DNA of 64,000 nt from Naegleria gruberi (Eukaryota). The notes beneath the pieces are model-generated. The model saw only the letters and a program-made list of their open reading frames with translations, did not search any database and had not been told where the DNA came from. This document shows positions 10,252 through 20,896 of the stretch, in pieces. The position numbers and the translations under genes were made by a program. Location of the stretch: NCBI GenBank assembly GCA_000004985.1, contig GG738850.1; one strand, given 5' to 3'. Position 1 is the first letter of the stretch, and each line of letters begins with the position of its first letter.

Positions 10252-11082
10252 ATGATTATTGATAGGACCATTATTTCATTCGGATTGATCACGTGTTGTA
10301 TCTCGTGGTTGGTGTGGTCATGTTTATTATTTAGAACAAGTATTGGAAGATTATTGATTGATTTGGAGAGTGATCCAACGTTAATTTTGATAATGATTAT
10401 TGGAGGAATAATTCCGTCCATTGTTGGACTTTCATTCGTTGAATCTTCTTTAAAAACCTACTTGAAGGAAACATTTTCAATTAGCAAATTACTTAATTTA
10501 CCTAGTATTTGTTGGATTAGTTTGTCAATTCCTGTTGTAGTTAATTTATTATTGTTCCTTGCCATGCATAGTATTTTCCCATTAAAAGTACATTTGTTGG
10601 ATATTGTAAAAGAAAGAATATTTCCTGGTTTAGTTATGGGTGTATGTGCTTCATTGGGAGAGGAGTTTGGATGGAGAGGTTGTGTTTTATTTAATCTCAT
10701 CAAGACAAACAAACCAAAGGAAAAATCAGAGATTATCAAAATTGGAATAATTGTTGGAATTATGTGGTCAATTTGGCATTCGTTTGGAAATTATATTGCA
10801 TTGGGTCATTATCAATCAGTTGCCCTCATTATTTTCATGAACGCATTCATTAATTTGACTAATTATTCAATAATCTTGTCAATGCTCTATGTGAAAAGTG
10901 GAGGATGCATGCTTTTAGAAATAATCTTTCATTCTATGATATCATTTAGTAGTTTTACATTCAATCACAATAACACAAGTGAAAGAGAACAATTAGTGGA
11001 ATCCTTCCTTGGATGCCTCTTCAGTTTTATTGGAATGTTATTCATTGTAAAATTGATACAATTGCCTTCACCATTAAGGTAA
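10252..11082 (+). CDS. CPBP/Abi-family intramembrane metalloprotease (Rce1-like type II CAAX prenyl protease)
   Basis: Multi-pass membrane ORF with ATG at 10252. The three CPBP motifs are EExxxR (GEEFGWRG), FxxxH (SIWHSFGN) and a distal His (FHSMISF). It is a single exon. Confidence 0.55.
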   Translation: MIIDRTIISFGLITCCISWLVWSCLLFRTSIGRLLIDLESDPTLILIMIIGGIIPSIVGLSFVESSLKTYLKETFSISKLLNLPSICWISLSIPVVVNLLLFLAMHSIFPLKVHLLDIVKERIFPGLVMGVCASLGEEFGWRGCVLFNLIKTNKPKEKSEIIKIGIIVGIMWSIWHSFGNYIALGHYQSVALIIFMNAFINLTNYSIILSMLYVKSGGCMLLEIIFHSMISFSSFTFNHNNTSEREQLVESFLGCLFSFIGMLFIVKLIQLPSPLR

Positions 11083-11736
11083 AATTATCGCCTCGTCGTT
11101 GTGCACAATAAGAACGACTCAATTATTTCCAATTTTCCTGAAAAACCCACTCCCGATTAGTTTTTAATCCAACTAATGTATCCTGTTAGTTTTAGGCACT
11201 ACATCATGTCCTCATCATCGAGAACAATTTTGCTGATGATAACTTCATGAAGTATGAAAAGGTTCAAATTTGCAACAGGAAAAATAAGACAAAATTTTCA
11301 TCACAGAACTAAAATAATTGACTTTAAATTGTTTTCTGAATGTATTATGATATTATTATCAACATTCTTCATCTACTCTCCCTAATATTTAAAGTCAATA
11401 TATTTATTGTTTTTACGCTTAATGAGCCTTATTGGGTGGGAGGTGCTTGCAAGTAAAAATTAGTCTTGATAAAACAAAATTTGTGTCTTCAAAAAAAAAT
11501 TAGCAAGCCCTTGAAAAGTGTTGCTTCTTCTGCTTCACAACAGCTTTCACAGTATAAGAAGTAGTACTACAACTGACTCTCTGCGATTTGTTTTTGTTGC
11601 AGTATCGAAAAGGCAATTATATAAAATTGCTTAATCTTGTAGAGTTTTTTTCCGACTCGGTCTATTCTTCTGATCAATACAATCCACTTGTTCGGATTAC
11701 AACAACAACATTTACTAGTATTAATAGCAGTTAAAA

Positions 11737-12753
11737 ATGACTTCTGGAGCCCTTTGTGGATTTTATGATACAAATAATGGCTTAATAAGTAATTTTGTTA
11801 ATAGATGGAGTTGGTATGCAAACAATGGTGCTTTTACATCTCCAAGATATCCTCCTAAAAATTTTGGTTTATTACTTCCTGTGGTGAGCGTTTTAAGTTT
11901 AATCTTTCACTCTCTGATTTATTATTACGGGGCAGATTGGTTTTCAAAGAAATATAGTACTACATTTAAGAAGAAGATTTTTGGTGATGAGAAGGCAAGA
12001 AGAGAATGGAATAGCAGAATTGTTTCAAATGTTCATGCAATTATTTCTTCTCTATTTTCATTGTATTGTATCGTATTTGTTTTTCTTCCAGCCCCTTACG
12101 AAAGAATTTTGTCAATTTCCAATAATTCATGTATTTGCTTGATTGGCTATGGTATTGGCTACTTTTTATATGACTTGTTCATTGTGACTAGAAATTATCC
12201 TCAACTGGGAGGTATGGAAACACTTCTTCACCATTCTATTTCAATACTTGCATTGCTAGGAAGTTCCATCTGGGAAAATGGTATTGTGTTGGTGGTTGTC
12301 ATGATGTTTACTGAAATTTCTACACCTTTTGTGAATCAAAGATATTTCTTTTCTAAATGCAATATGAAAGATTCCAAAATATATACTTATAATGGTATCA
12401 TGATGTGGTTGACATTTGGTATTGTTAGAATTTATTTCTGCTATTACATTCCACATTTTGTGTGGGAAGACTCTGAAACATTTTGTTCATTCCCAATTGG
12501 TTGGATTATTCTTATTTCTTTAATGATGACCTTAATGAGTAGTTTAAATATTTTCTGGTTCTATAAGATTACTGTGGGTATCGTGCAAGTTGTTTTTGCC
12601 AAGCAACCAACTTCAGCTCCATCCACATCCTCAACTCCAAGTGCTCCTGATAGTATCAATGTTAAGGATGATAAGAAAAGTGATGAAGATGACGCCGACA
12701 AAAAGGAATTGGACGAAAAAGTTGCCACAACTTCACCTTTAGTAAGAAGATAA
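11737..12753 (+). CDS. TLC-domain (TRAM/LAG1/CLN8) family multi-pass membrane protein
   Basis: 338-aa ORF with ATG at 11737. The TLC hallmark is ...REWNSRIVSNVHAIISSLFSLY..., followed by several TM helices and a C-terminal S/T/D/E-rich tail. Confidence 0.55.
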   Translation: MTSGALCGFYDTNNGLISNFVNRWSWYANNGAFTSPRYPPKNFGLLLPVVSVLSLIFHSLIYYYGADWFSKKYSTTFKKKIFGDEKARREWNSRIVSNVHAIISSLFSLYCIVFVFLPAPYERILSISNNSCICLIGYGIGYFLYDLFIVTRNYPQLGGMETLLHHSISILALLGSSIWENGIVLVVVMMFTEISTPFVNQRYFFSKCNMKDSKIYTYNGIMMWLTFGIVRIYFCYYIPHFVWEDSETFCSFPIGWIILISLMMTLMSSLNIFWFYKITVGIVQVVFAKQPTSAPSTSSTPSAPDSINVKDDKKSDEDDADKKELDEKVATTSPLVRR

Positions 12754-12777
12754 TCATAAAATGTATAATATTGCAAA

Positions 12778-15249
12778 TCATCTTTTGATTTTATATTCTC
12801 CCCCGTCGCATTCCAGAACTTCTTCCTTTACAAGGATATTCAAGAATGAACTCAGTTCAGAAAGTGATTTGTCGAATGGAGGTAAAGGATCAAGAGCAAA
12901 CATTGCCAACATGTTATGAATTTTGGCAAGTGGCATGCTATCAAAGTTTTCAATCATATTAATGATAATATCTTGATAAACTCTGAGTTCTTCTTCTTGA
13001 CTTTGAGCAGTTGTCATCTCTTCCATGTTTTCATCTTCTCCTTGTTCAGTGGCGGCAGAAGTCAGACTATCCACTAATCTGTACGTCTTATTTCCCTCAT
13101 CTATAATAATTCCTCTCTTTACCCAAGTATTAATACGTTTTTGGAATGTTTTATCGTCAATCTTCATCATTTCCATTATTTCATCCATAGTCCAAACATT
13201 TCTATCAGAGAAGTGGAATAGAATAGATGCAGCAACAGGATGAATGTTGGTGAGCTCTAGCTCTTCACCTCCAATTTCAATATCAAAATCTATTGAACCC
13301 ATTTGCTTTTCCCATAATAATTTTCTAGGGGCCTTAATAGCATTATATTGATTTGCATATTCTTCCATTAATTGTTCAATAAATGGATGCAATAGGATTG
13401 TAGGCTTGTTTTCATCAGTCATCAATTGCTGTCCAGGAGGTGCACCTTGATTGAATACTACCTGAGGCCAATAATTCTTAGATAGCATGAACACACTTGG
13501 AATTTGGGAGTCTGCTTGAATTGAAATTTCAGCAATTTGACTGTTAGAAAGTTCAATGTAATCACTTCTATTTGCAAGTCTAGATTGAATGCCAGAGTTA
13601 AGGAATTTGGAATCGGAAATATCTTTCAGCATAATTTCACAATTTTGCATATTCTTATCACCAAACCTAATTTTCAACAATTCAGCCATCTTGGCTTCGT
13701 TATTGGTATCATAGGTTTCATTCTTCAAAAGTGACTCAGCCAGTATCATTCTATATTCATTAACAAATATTTCCTTATTTCCTCTGTACATTTCTATGAA
13801 TATTTTGATAATATCAGGTTTCTCCATTTTAGATTTAGATGAAGAAGGATGAATAGGTTTTGGATTCCAATTCTCACTTGCATCATCCGAATCGTAATCT
13901 AAACTGCTTTGTGGTTCTGAGGTCAACAATTCACGGTAAAGAGCAGAATCATTTTGTTCATCGGTCATTTCATTAATTATACATCTGACAGCATCTGGAC
14001 GTTTTTCACGTAAGTATTCCTTGATATGGAATGATACGCTTTCTAACGAAATCCCAGTTGGATCAATTATGAGAAGAGATTTGATTATTCTAATAAAAGC
14101 CATTATAATATTCTTGGTTTCTACACTCGCTAAAAGTAATCTAGATTTTACACCCTTACTTAGTTCTTTAACAAGCTCATTATGCATTCCACAATGATTT
14201 AAACAGTCCTTTAAATCCGTTATTGCTTGTTGGCTATTTGGGAAATCAATAACGATATCGAAAATTTGACTTATTCTAATCTTGGCTAAATTTTCAAACA
14301 CAAAATAATCAACCTGTGATTTAAGAGTATTGAACATTTCGTGAGAAGAATCGCCACAAAAATAAATTTCCATATACGAATAAATAATTTGTTCTTTCCA
14401 TTGTTGAATATAGGTCAATATTTCCTGTTCAAAGTCAGTTGTTGATACTTCTGTGATTTTCTCTTTGATGGCTGAAAACATGAATGCTATCCAACTGTTT
14501 GAACAAATTGAATTCATGAAATTAGCTCTAAGTAATCTTAATTTGTCACAAAATTGTCTAAAATTTGAAATAATGTCTTCCATCTCCTGAGACGATTCTC
14601 CTGATTCAATACTTGTCGAAAAAGCATTAAAAGTCTCTCTAAAGTATTGTACCATAATTTCTGAGATATTCCCTTTGATTAAATACTCTCTTTGGTCGAT
14701 ATTCAACTTGTAAAATAGAGCTGATTGCACAAATACTATAAATTGTTCTCTCAGTCTCTCTTTAATTTCCAAACAGTTTTCTAATGTCGAAAATACAATT
14801 AAATATCGTTCTGTTATATTACAAATCATATGTACAGCCTGTACCAATGAATTAATATCCGAAATACTATTAAATATTGATACATGATTCTTAATAAAAT
14901 GTTGTCTCATATTTTGAATATATGGTTCAACAATTTGAGTTTTATCCATCACATTCCTCTCTGCCAACAATTTAATTTGCTGAAAACAAATTCCATTCGG
15001 ATTTTCCAACAATTCTGCACAATGAGCTGCATTAATTGCAATAGTTTTTAATAATTCCTGATGACCATCTAGCAACCAATTACTTTTTAAACTAGTCGAT
15101 TCCGAACCCGAACCAGAACCTCCAACACTATATATTTCTTGTTGTTCTTTTTGTATGGATAATGATGATGCTGAGGAACAAGCCTTGTTTAAATTCCCAA
15201 CAGCATTCCAACTTTGCACTTGTTGTGCAAGAATTAAATTGTTCATCAT
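12778..15249 (-). CDS. anapc2: Anaphase-promoting complex subunit 2 (APC2, cullin-homology subunit)
   Basis: 823-aa ORF with ATG at 15249-15247. The cullin-homology signature is ...MAELLKIRFGDKNMQNCEIMLKDISDSKFLN..., matching the ANAPC2 motif LKLRFGE..CEVMLKDMADSRR. A C-terminal winged-helix-like tail follows. Confidence 0.65.
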   Translation of the reverse strand: MMNNLILAQQVQSWNAVGNLNKACSSASSLSIQKEQQEIYSVGGSGSGSESTSLKSNWLLDGHQELLKTIAINAAHCAELLENPNGICFQQIKLLAERNVMDKTQIVEPYIQNMRQHFIKNHVSIFNSISDINSLVQAVHMICNITERYLIVFSTLENCLEIKERLREQFIVFVQSALFYKLNIDQREYLIKGNISEIMVQYFRETFNAFSTSIESGESSQEMEDIISNFRQFCDKLRLLRANFMNSICSNSWIAFMFSAIKEKITEVSTTDFEQEILTYIQQWKEQIIYSYMEIYFCGDSSHEMFNTLKSQVDYFVFENLAKIRISQIFDIVIDFPNSQQAITDLKDCLNHCGMHNELVKELSKGVKSRLLLASVETKNIIMAFIRIIKSLLIIDPTGISLESVSFHIKEYLREKRPDAVRCIINEMTDEQNDSALYRELLTSEPQSSLDYDSDDASENWNPKPIHPSSSKSKMEKPDIIKIFIEMYRGNKEIFVNEYRMILAESLLKNETYDTNNEAKMAELLKIRFGDKNMQNCEIMLKDISDSKFLNSGIQSRLANRSDYIELSNSQIAEISIQADSQIPSVFMLSKNYWPQVVFNQGAPPGQQLMTDENKPTILLHPFIEQLMEEYANQYNAIKAPRKLLWEKQMGSIDFDIEIGGEELELTNIHPVAASILFHFSDRNVWTMDEIMEMMKIDDKTFQKRINTWVKRGIIIDEGNKTYRLVDSLTSAATEQGEDENMEEMTTAQSQEEELRVYQDIIINMIENFDSMPLAKIHNMLAMFALDPLPPFDKSLSELSSFLNILVKEEVLECDGGEYKIKR

Positions 15250-15271
15250 TTTTTAATTTTGGAGGGAAATT

Positions 15272-16387
15272 ATGAAAAAATATTTAAATTTTAATAAACA
15301 AGTTTTACTTTCAATTCTCTCTCGACAACAGCAGCAGAAACAACAACAACAACGAGTAGATAGCTTTGAATCAAAAATACATAATAGAATAACAAATATT
15401 GAAGGATTGAATAGGAGTTTTATAGTACAAGAAAGATTTTATAATACAAGCCTCATTAGAATGTCATCATCATCCGATAATAATAATAATTCATCATCAC
15501 ATGATGAGAGTATTGCACCTTCCTCTTCATCATCAGAACAACAAGTAGATAATAATAATACAAATTTTGAACAAGTGGGATGGAATCAAACTAAAATTGA
15601 TAGACCAACACAGGAAGATATTCAAGTCATTGAAAAGATACAATTGAAGAAGGCTATTACAGTGCCGAATGCTATTGTGAAGAGATGTAAATGGGGATAT
15701 CCACAAGTGACATTTGCATTCACTAGTAAAAACAAGGCAGAAACTTCTGAGAATACCTATGTACCAGGAACATTCCTTTGGTTGACATGTCCTAGAGTTA
15801 ATTTAATTATTGATAAAGTGGAAACATCTGATGAATTTAATGAAATAAGAAGAGAATTCGGAGCAGAACTTAACTTTTCCAAGACTAAATTGAAAAATCA
15901 AAATAAGAGAAAATCAGAGAATAATAATTCTTCAGAAAAGAAACAAAAACAAGAATCTGAAGCAACTGTTACCATTCATGAATCTCAAAAGAATAATTTA
16001 TTGATGGAATCATTTGAAAATTATGACAAGTGGTTGTTAGAAGAAGCCAAAGTAACTGAAGGTCAAGATAAGGGACAAGCTTTATTGACACCAGATGAAT
16101 TTAACATGTGGAAATATTCCGTATATGAAAAGGATTTGAATAACTTGCCACCTCAAAGAAAGAGATATGGTAATGCAGGTGTTTCACATCCATCCTCAAT
16201 CAAGTGTCTTCATTCACACATTTCTTCGTATTTTGCTGGTTCAAAGGATCATGTTGGTAAACGAGCATTTGAAGCAGGTAAACGAGTCATTACAGAAGTT
16301 TTGAATGAAACAGATATTGAAGATTTGGCCAATCCACTCGATTGTCGATCCAACTGTATCAAGTGTCAGATGAATAAAAAAGATTAA
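15272..16387 (+). CDS. Conserved-looking hypothetical protein. The true start is probably a downstream Met at 15461.
   Basis: 371-aa ORF with the first ATG at 15272, only 22 nt from the divergent APC2 ATG. An in-frame ATG at 15461 (MSSSSDNNN) is a likelier start. The C-terminal part contains KRYGNAGVSHPSSIKCLHSH and four Cys near the end. Family not recognised. Confidence 0.4.
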   Translation: MKKYLNFNKQVLLSILSRQQQQKQQQQRVDSFESKIHNRITNIEGLNRSFIVQERFYNTSLIRMSSSSDNNNNSSSHDESIAPSSSSSEQQVDNNNTNFEQVGWNQTKIDRPTQEDIQVIEKIQLKKAITVPNAIVKRCKWGYPQVTFAFTSKNKAETSENTYVPGTFLWLTCPRVNLIIDKVETSDEFNEIRREFGAELNFSKTKLKNQNKRKSENNNSSEKKQKQESEATVTIHESQKNNLLMESFENYDKWLLEEAKVTEGQDKGQALLTPDEFNMWKYSVYEKDLNNLPPQRKRYGNAGVSHPSSIKCLHSHISSYFAGSKDHVGKRAFEAGKRVITEVLNETDIEDLANPLDCRSNCIKCQMNKKD

Positions 16388-16391
16388 AAAA

Positions 16392-17130
16392 ATGCCAACA
16401 AACGCTTATTTCACAATTGTTGCTAAAGATTGTCCGATTTATGAATTGGAAATTTCAACATCAAAGGTTGGTTATCTAATGATGATTGAATTTTATTATA
16501 ATCATTATGTTTTTTTAATTTATGTTCATTCCGATCATGTGATGATGATATTTTAAAATATTAATAATAATAATAATGATGAATATTTGGAATTAATTGT
16601 GATGATTTGATGATGAAAATATATTTTTGATGAATAATAATAATATGATTAATCCGCGAATATATATTTGTTTAATTGTTTATTAATTAATAATAATAAT
16701 AATAGAAAACCGATCAATCACAACTTAAACAATTTGTTTTACATGCTTCTCTTGATGCAGTTGAAGAATTACAATGGACAACTAATGCTTTATTCTTGAA
16801 ATCTGTTGATAGATTTAATGAATTTAACATTTATGGATTTGTTACTGGTGGAAGTAAGTATGAACATTAATAGAATTAATTTTTAAATATTATAATAATG
16901 ATAACAATTTAATTATTTATTCAATATTTCCTAAAATAGATATCAGATTTTTATTACTTTTTGAAAATGATAAAAAGAATGATGATCAAACAATTAAGAG
17001 TTTCTTTAGTGATGTTTTTGAATTGTATATTAAAATCCAAATGAATCCATTCTATGAATTGTATACTCCAATTACTTCACATGATTTTGATACAAGAGTT
17101 AAACAATTAGCAAATAAGTATATTTCGTAA
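16392..17130 (+). CDS. trappc2: Sedlin / TRAPP complex subunit 2 (TRAPPC2 or TRAPPC2L)
   Basis: Three exons: 16392..16466, 16706..16853 and 16940..17130. The introns are 239 nt (GTTGGT donor, very AT-rich with (TAA)n runs) and 86 nt (GTAAGT). The 137-aa product MPTNAYFTIVAKDCPIYELEISTSK / TDQSQLKQFVLHASLDAVEELQWTTNALFLKSVDRFNEFNIYGFVTGG / NIRFLLLFENDKKNDDQTIKSFFSDVFELYIKIQMNPFYELYTPITSHDFDTRVKQLANKYIS aligns along its length with human sedlin (NQFIAHAALD..., [27 protein letters not shown]...FDRKV). Confidence 0.7.
16560..16705 (+). repeat. AT-rich microsatellite cluster ((TAA)n / (ATA)n) inside intron 1 of the sedlin gene
   Basis: The runs taataataataataatga… and …taataataataatag flank the intron, which is about 85% A+T. 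Confidence 0.7.
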
Positions 17131-17227
17131 ATAAAGACAAATTAGAGTTGTGTTATTGAATTGGTTATTGATTGAATTATGAAAGGTTCTTTTTTAGACA
17201 TTTTCAGTCAGTAATCATTAAAAAAAA

Positions 17228-18490
17228 ATGTCAACATTTAAAAAGTACTCATCAGAAGATATTGCAACACTAACAATTGCTCGTAATATTGGTTCTTGCA
17301 AAGGATGGCATGTTACTAGCGAATTTTTATGTTTTGGAACTATGGAAAGTGAAGGATGTGTTTATGTGTAAGTTTTTCACACTCAATTGACTAGAAAGTG
17401 GTAATAAACAGATATCGAGTTGATAAATTAGATAATTTACAAGAAGCAGTTCACAGTATGGTAAAAAGTCCATTCAATAAGACCTTTCCAGTAACTGTTT
17501 TTTATTTACCAAAATTAGATTTAATATTTGTTGGATATGATAATGGATGCATTGTAATATTTGATGGAAAATCAAGAGAGAAAAAGTCAATTATTAGAGG
17601 TTGTCATCATATTAAAAAGATTCAAGTAATTTACAATAACAAATTGGATAAACATTTACTTGTTGCTGCTTGTAATCAAGGTGAAAAGAGTCATTTACTT
17701 TTTTGGAAGATTACAAAGAATTCAAATCATAATGTTGATTATTCTTCAACTGATTTGAAACAATTTGAGTTTAATTCACAAATTTCAGATTTATATACTA
17801 CTGATATCTTTATTGAATCAATTAATAAGGAAAATAGAGTTTTAATTTGTCCATTAATGGATGATTCATTTAAATTACTTTACAATTTATTTGAACATGA
17901 AATTGTTGAATTACATTTCAATAAGGATCATTTAAATATGAATGGTGGTATTAGTAGTATGTCATTCGATCAAGATAAGGAAGGAATCAATGATTTAGCA
18001 TTAAGTGGAATGTTAAATGGTAAATTCCAAGTTTACAATTTATCAAATGGTACTTTACAAAAAACAATTAAGGCTGAAAAACATAATAGTATTGAATGTA
18101 TTGCATTTGATGGTGCATTAATGAATGTTTGTATTGGTGGAAGTGAAGGAAATGTTTCAATTTACAATATTGAAAATCAAGAACCAATTCTTGTGAAATG
18201 CATTGAAAATTGTCATGATGGATTTATTACAGCAATTGCACAATGTGAAAATTTCTTTACAACAGGTTCACAAGATGGTACCATTAAAGTTCTAGATAAG
18301 GTAAGTTAAATACTCATTGTAAAGTGTTTCAAACAATACAAAGACAAATGGAACATTAATTGTAAACTTGGATCAAAAACATACAAGTTGCATCACTCAT
18401 TTGGAATTTATTGAAGAACATTTATTAATTTCATCAAGTGAAGATGGTACCATTAGAATGCACATTTTAAATATTGCCAAATTAGAATAA
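17228..18490 (+). CDS. WD40-repeat protein
   Basis: Exons are 17228..17367, 17412..18300 and 18344..18490. Introns are 44 nt (GTAAGT..ACAG) and 43 nt (GTAAGT..AAAG). A WD-like ...DGTIKVLDK crosses the second junction and the final blade is HLLISSSEDGTIRMHILN. The last exon and its stop at 18488-18490 are inferred; the unspliced alternative ends at ...LDKVS* at 18309. Confidence 0.5.
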
Positions 18491-18495
18491 AAAAA

Positions 18496-19413
18496 ATGTC
18501 ACCAAAGCTTTTCAAAGATTTTGACACTTGTCACGTGTTTAGGTTTTTAAATTTTAAAGAATTATGTAAAATATCACTTGTTTGTAAGAAATGGTTTATT
18601 ACAAGTCGATCGGATTTATTGTGGAAACAACTTTATAGATTTTATCAAATTGATGTTTTTTGTAATCAACCACAAGAATTAAATCAAGTTAAATGTTCAA
18701 TCATTTCGGATTTTACTCTCATGAATATAATGTTGAGATTGGAAAATTTATCAATAGCGGCACATTCAACATCATGTTGTGCTGAAATTTCAGTACCAAT
18801 TTATTATATTGCCATGTTGAAACCTAAAAAACAATTTAAATTGATTTTTGCTTCGGAATATTCATTTTCACGTACATTTGTCAAGTATGTGAATGTGAGT
18901 TTGGATTCAAAATCAATATTTATGCAATATAATCATGACAAATTTCATAATAATTTATTCGAGTTGATTTGTGAACATTATGTGAAGAAAATTATGAAGA
19001 GAATGAAACCTGAAGTTTTTACAGATTTGATAAGGAGTGAAGATATTTCGGATAATAACATTTTGATTAGTAAGAATGAATTTGTGTTTGCCATTTCAAT
19101 TCCATCAATTTATTCGATTTGTTATTGTTTATTTAATGTTCAGACAAGACAATGCTATCATGTTATTACAAGTAATATGTATCCCTATCAATATGCTATT
19201 CGATTTGTACTATTATTACAAGCTCAGTGTAGAGATTCACTTTCAGAATTTGATTTTAATAAGAATTTAACGAAGACAGTAGAGCATTTATTTTCAATTT
19301 TTGAGTTGAACAGGAATAGTGAAGGTCAATTTAAGATTGGGGTTGATAATAATGAACTTTATGAACCAATAACATTTGAAGATATGCATGTAATTGATAT
19401 TAGTGAAATTTAA
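18496..19413 (+). CDS. F-box domain protein
   Basis: 305-aa ORF with ATG at 18496. The F-box is FRFLNFKELCKISLVCKKWFITSRSDLLWKQLY. The stop TAA is at 19411-19413. Confidence 0.6.
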   Translation: MSPKLFKDFDTCHVFRFLNFKELCKISLVCKKWFITSRSDLLWKQLYRFYQIDVFCNQPQELNQVKCSIISDFTLMNIMLRLENLSIAAHSTSCCAEISVPIYYIAMLKPKKQFKLIFASEYSFSRTFVKYVNVSLDSKSIFMQYNHDKFHNNLFELICEHYVKKIMKRMKPEVFTDLIRSEDISDNNILISKNEFVFAISIPSIYSICYCLFNVQTRQCYHVITSNMYPYQYAIRFVLLLQAQCRDSLSEFDFNKNLTKTVEHLFSIFELNRNSEGQFKIGVDNNELYEPITFEDMHVIDISEI

Positions 19414-20789
19414 TTTTTACTTCTCTTCAAAATCAAGCATTCATTTGTAATTGATTCAATAATTAAATTTTGAGCCATATTTTGATAAGTTAATTCAATA
19501 TGTACACCACCGTGTTGTTCTACAAATCTCCAAGTTCCGACCATCGTTTCTCCATGGTTTGACATACTGACGTGACCGTGGGAAGAGTATAAAATACATT
19601 CACTAAGAGAGCTAGAGCCCAAGTTTGAATCTCCCAAATGTCTATAAACAGTAGTACCTGTTTGCTCATTACTTTCAGACTTGGACAAAATCCATTGTTT
19701 TTCACATAAAAGCAAAGTATAAGCTTCCTTATTGAAATTTGAATTTCCCTTCAAAATAGCATTAAGGGCTGGTTCTTCGTCAATTGGCTTTGTATGACCT
19801 CCCAAAACATGTCCACCAGTTGTTCTACCACCAGTTACTGGTAAAGTTGGTTCCTCATCTCCACTATCACTTCCATCGTCTACAGGCATTGTGGTTGTTG
19901 GCATTGTTGTATCTGATTTGATAACTACGCCTTTGTTTTTAGTCAATTGTAGAATTACAGAACCTTTTGGAACTAATCCAGCTTGATCAAGAGTTGTGTT
20001 TTGCCAATCTTCCTCGAAATATTCTTTACGAGGGAATGGAGTCAAGATACTATATGCTTCATTAGAATCCAAATGTGAAGAAACAGCTTTGAACAAATCA
20101 GCAAGAGTTCCAGGAGTATTGAGTTGAATCTTTTCAGTACTACCTCTTGGTAATCTAACTTGAATGAGTGCTGATGTTGCAGAACTTTCAGAAGGCTTTG
20201 GAGTTACTGTTGAAGAAGAAGAAGCTGTTGAACTACTAGCAGAAGATGAAGATCCACTCAATCTTGCTTGTTTTTCTTCCTTTTCCTTTTTCATTGCATC
20301 TTTCAAAGCCTTTACTCTCTTCTTTTCTTCCAATTTTTCCTTTCTGATTCTTTCTTGTTCTTTCAATCTTTCTCTTTCTGCAAAAGCTAATTTAGCTTCA
20401 ACAGAATCTCCTTTCAATTTGTTTGGATTTGTATAAATAACAGGAATACTACCACCAGAGTTTAAAATTGATGATGGTTGATTATTTACAGGTTCAGAAG
20501 ATGTTGTTACTACTGGAGTCGGATTGGTTGTTACAGGAGTGCTTGTTGTTGTTGTTGAAGAAGTATCCATAATTTCCTCTTGATCCAATTCAGCAAAGTG
20601 ATCATAAATATATTGAATTGCTTGATCAATAGAAACATTATTAACCATTTGAAGCGCTCTATTAGATTTGTATCTAGAAAAGCCCATATCTACTAGAGTT
20701 GCCGACATTACAGGATTGGCGATCACATAATCATTGTTGTTGGATCCAGTGTTTGGACGTCCTCCGAGTTTGAGTGTTGGTTGAGACAT
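19410..20789 (-). CDS. UBA-UBX domain protein (UBXN1/SAKS1-like adaptor) with an unusual C-terminal extension of about 170 aa
   Basis: 459-aa ORF with ATG at 20789-20787. The N-terminal UBA is ATLVDMGFSRYKSNRALQMVNNVSIDQAIQYIYDH. A K/E-rich coiled-coil stretch follows (ERERLKEQERIRKEKLEEKKRVKALKDAMKKEKEEK). The UBX domain has the TPFPR loop (EAYSILTPFPRKEYFEEDWQNTTLDQAGLVPKGSVILQL). A further C-terminal region is of unknown function. Confidence 0.6.
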   Translation of the reverse strand: MSQPTLKLGGRPNTGSNNNDYVIANPVMSATLVDMGFSRYKSNRALQMVNNVSIDQAIQYIYDHFAELDQEEIMDTSSTTTTSTPVTTNPTPVVTTSSEPVNNQPSSILNSGGSIPVIYTNPNKLKGDSVEAKLAFAERERLKEQERIRKEKLEEKKRVKALKDAMKKEKEEKQARLSGSSSSASSSTASSSSTVTPKPSESSATSALIQVRLPRGSTEKIQLNTPGTLADLFKAVSSHLDSNEAYSILTPFPRKEYFEEDWQNTTLDQAGLVPKGSVILQLTKNKGVVIKSDTTMPTTTMPVDDGSDSGDEEPTLPVTGGRTTGGHVLGGHTKPIDEEPALNAILKGNSNFNKEAYTLLLCEKQWILSKSESNEQTGTTVYRHLGDSNLGSSSLSECILYSSHGHVSMSNHGETMVGTWRFVEQHGGVHIELTYQNMAQNLIIESITNECLILKRSKN

Positions 20790-20896
20790 TTTTTATTCTT
20801 TTTTTAAAGAATGAACTTGTGCTATTTTTAATTTCCTTCTTCCAACAGCTGATAATATTTTTGTAAAGTATTGAATATTTTAATATTCTTAATTTA

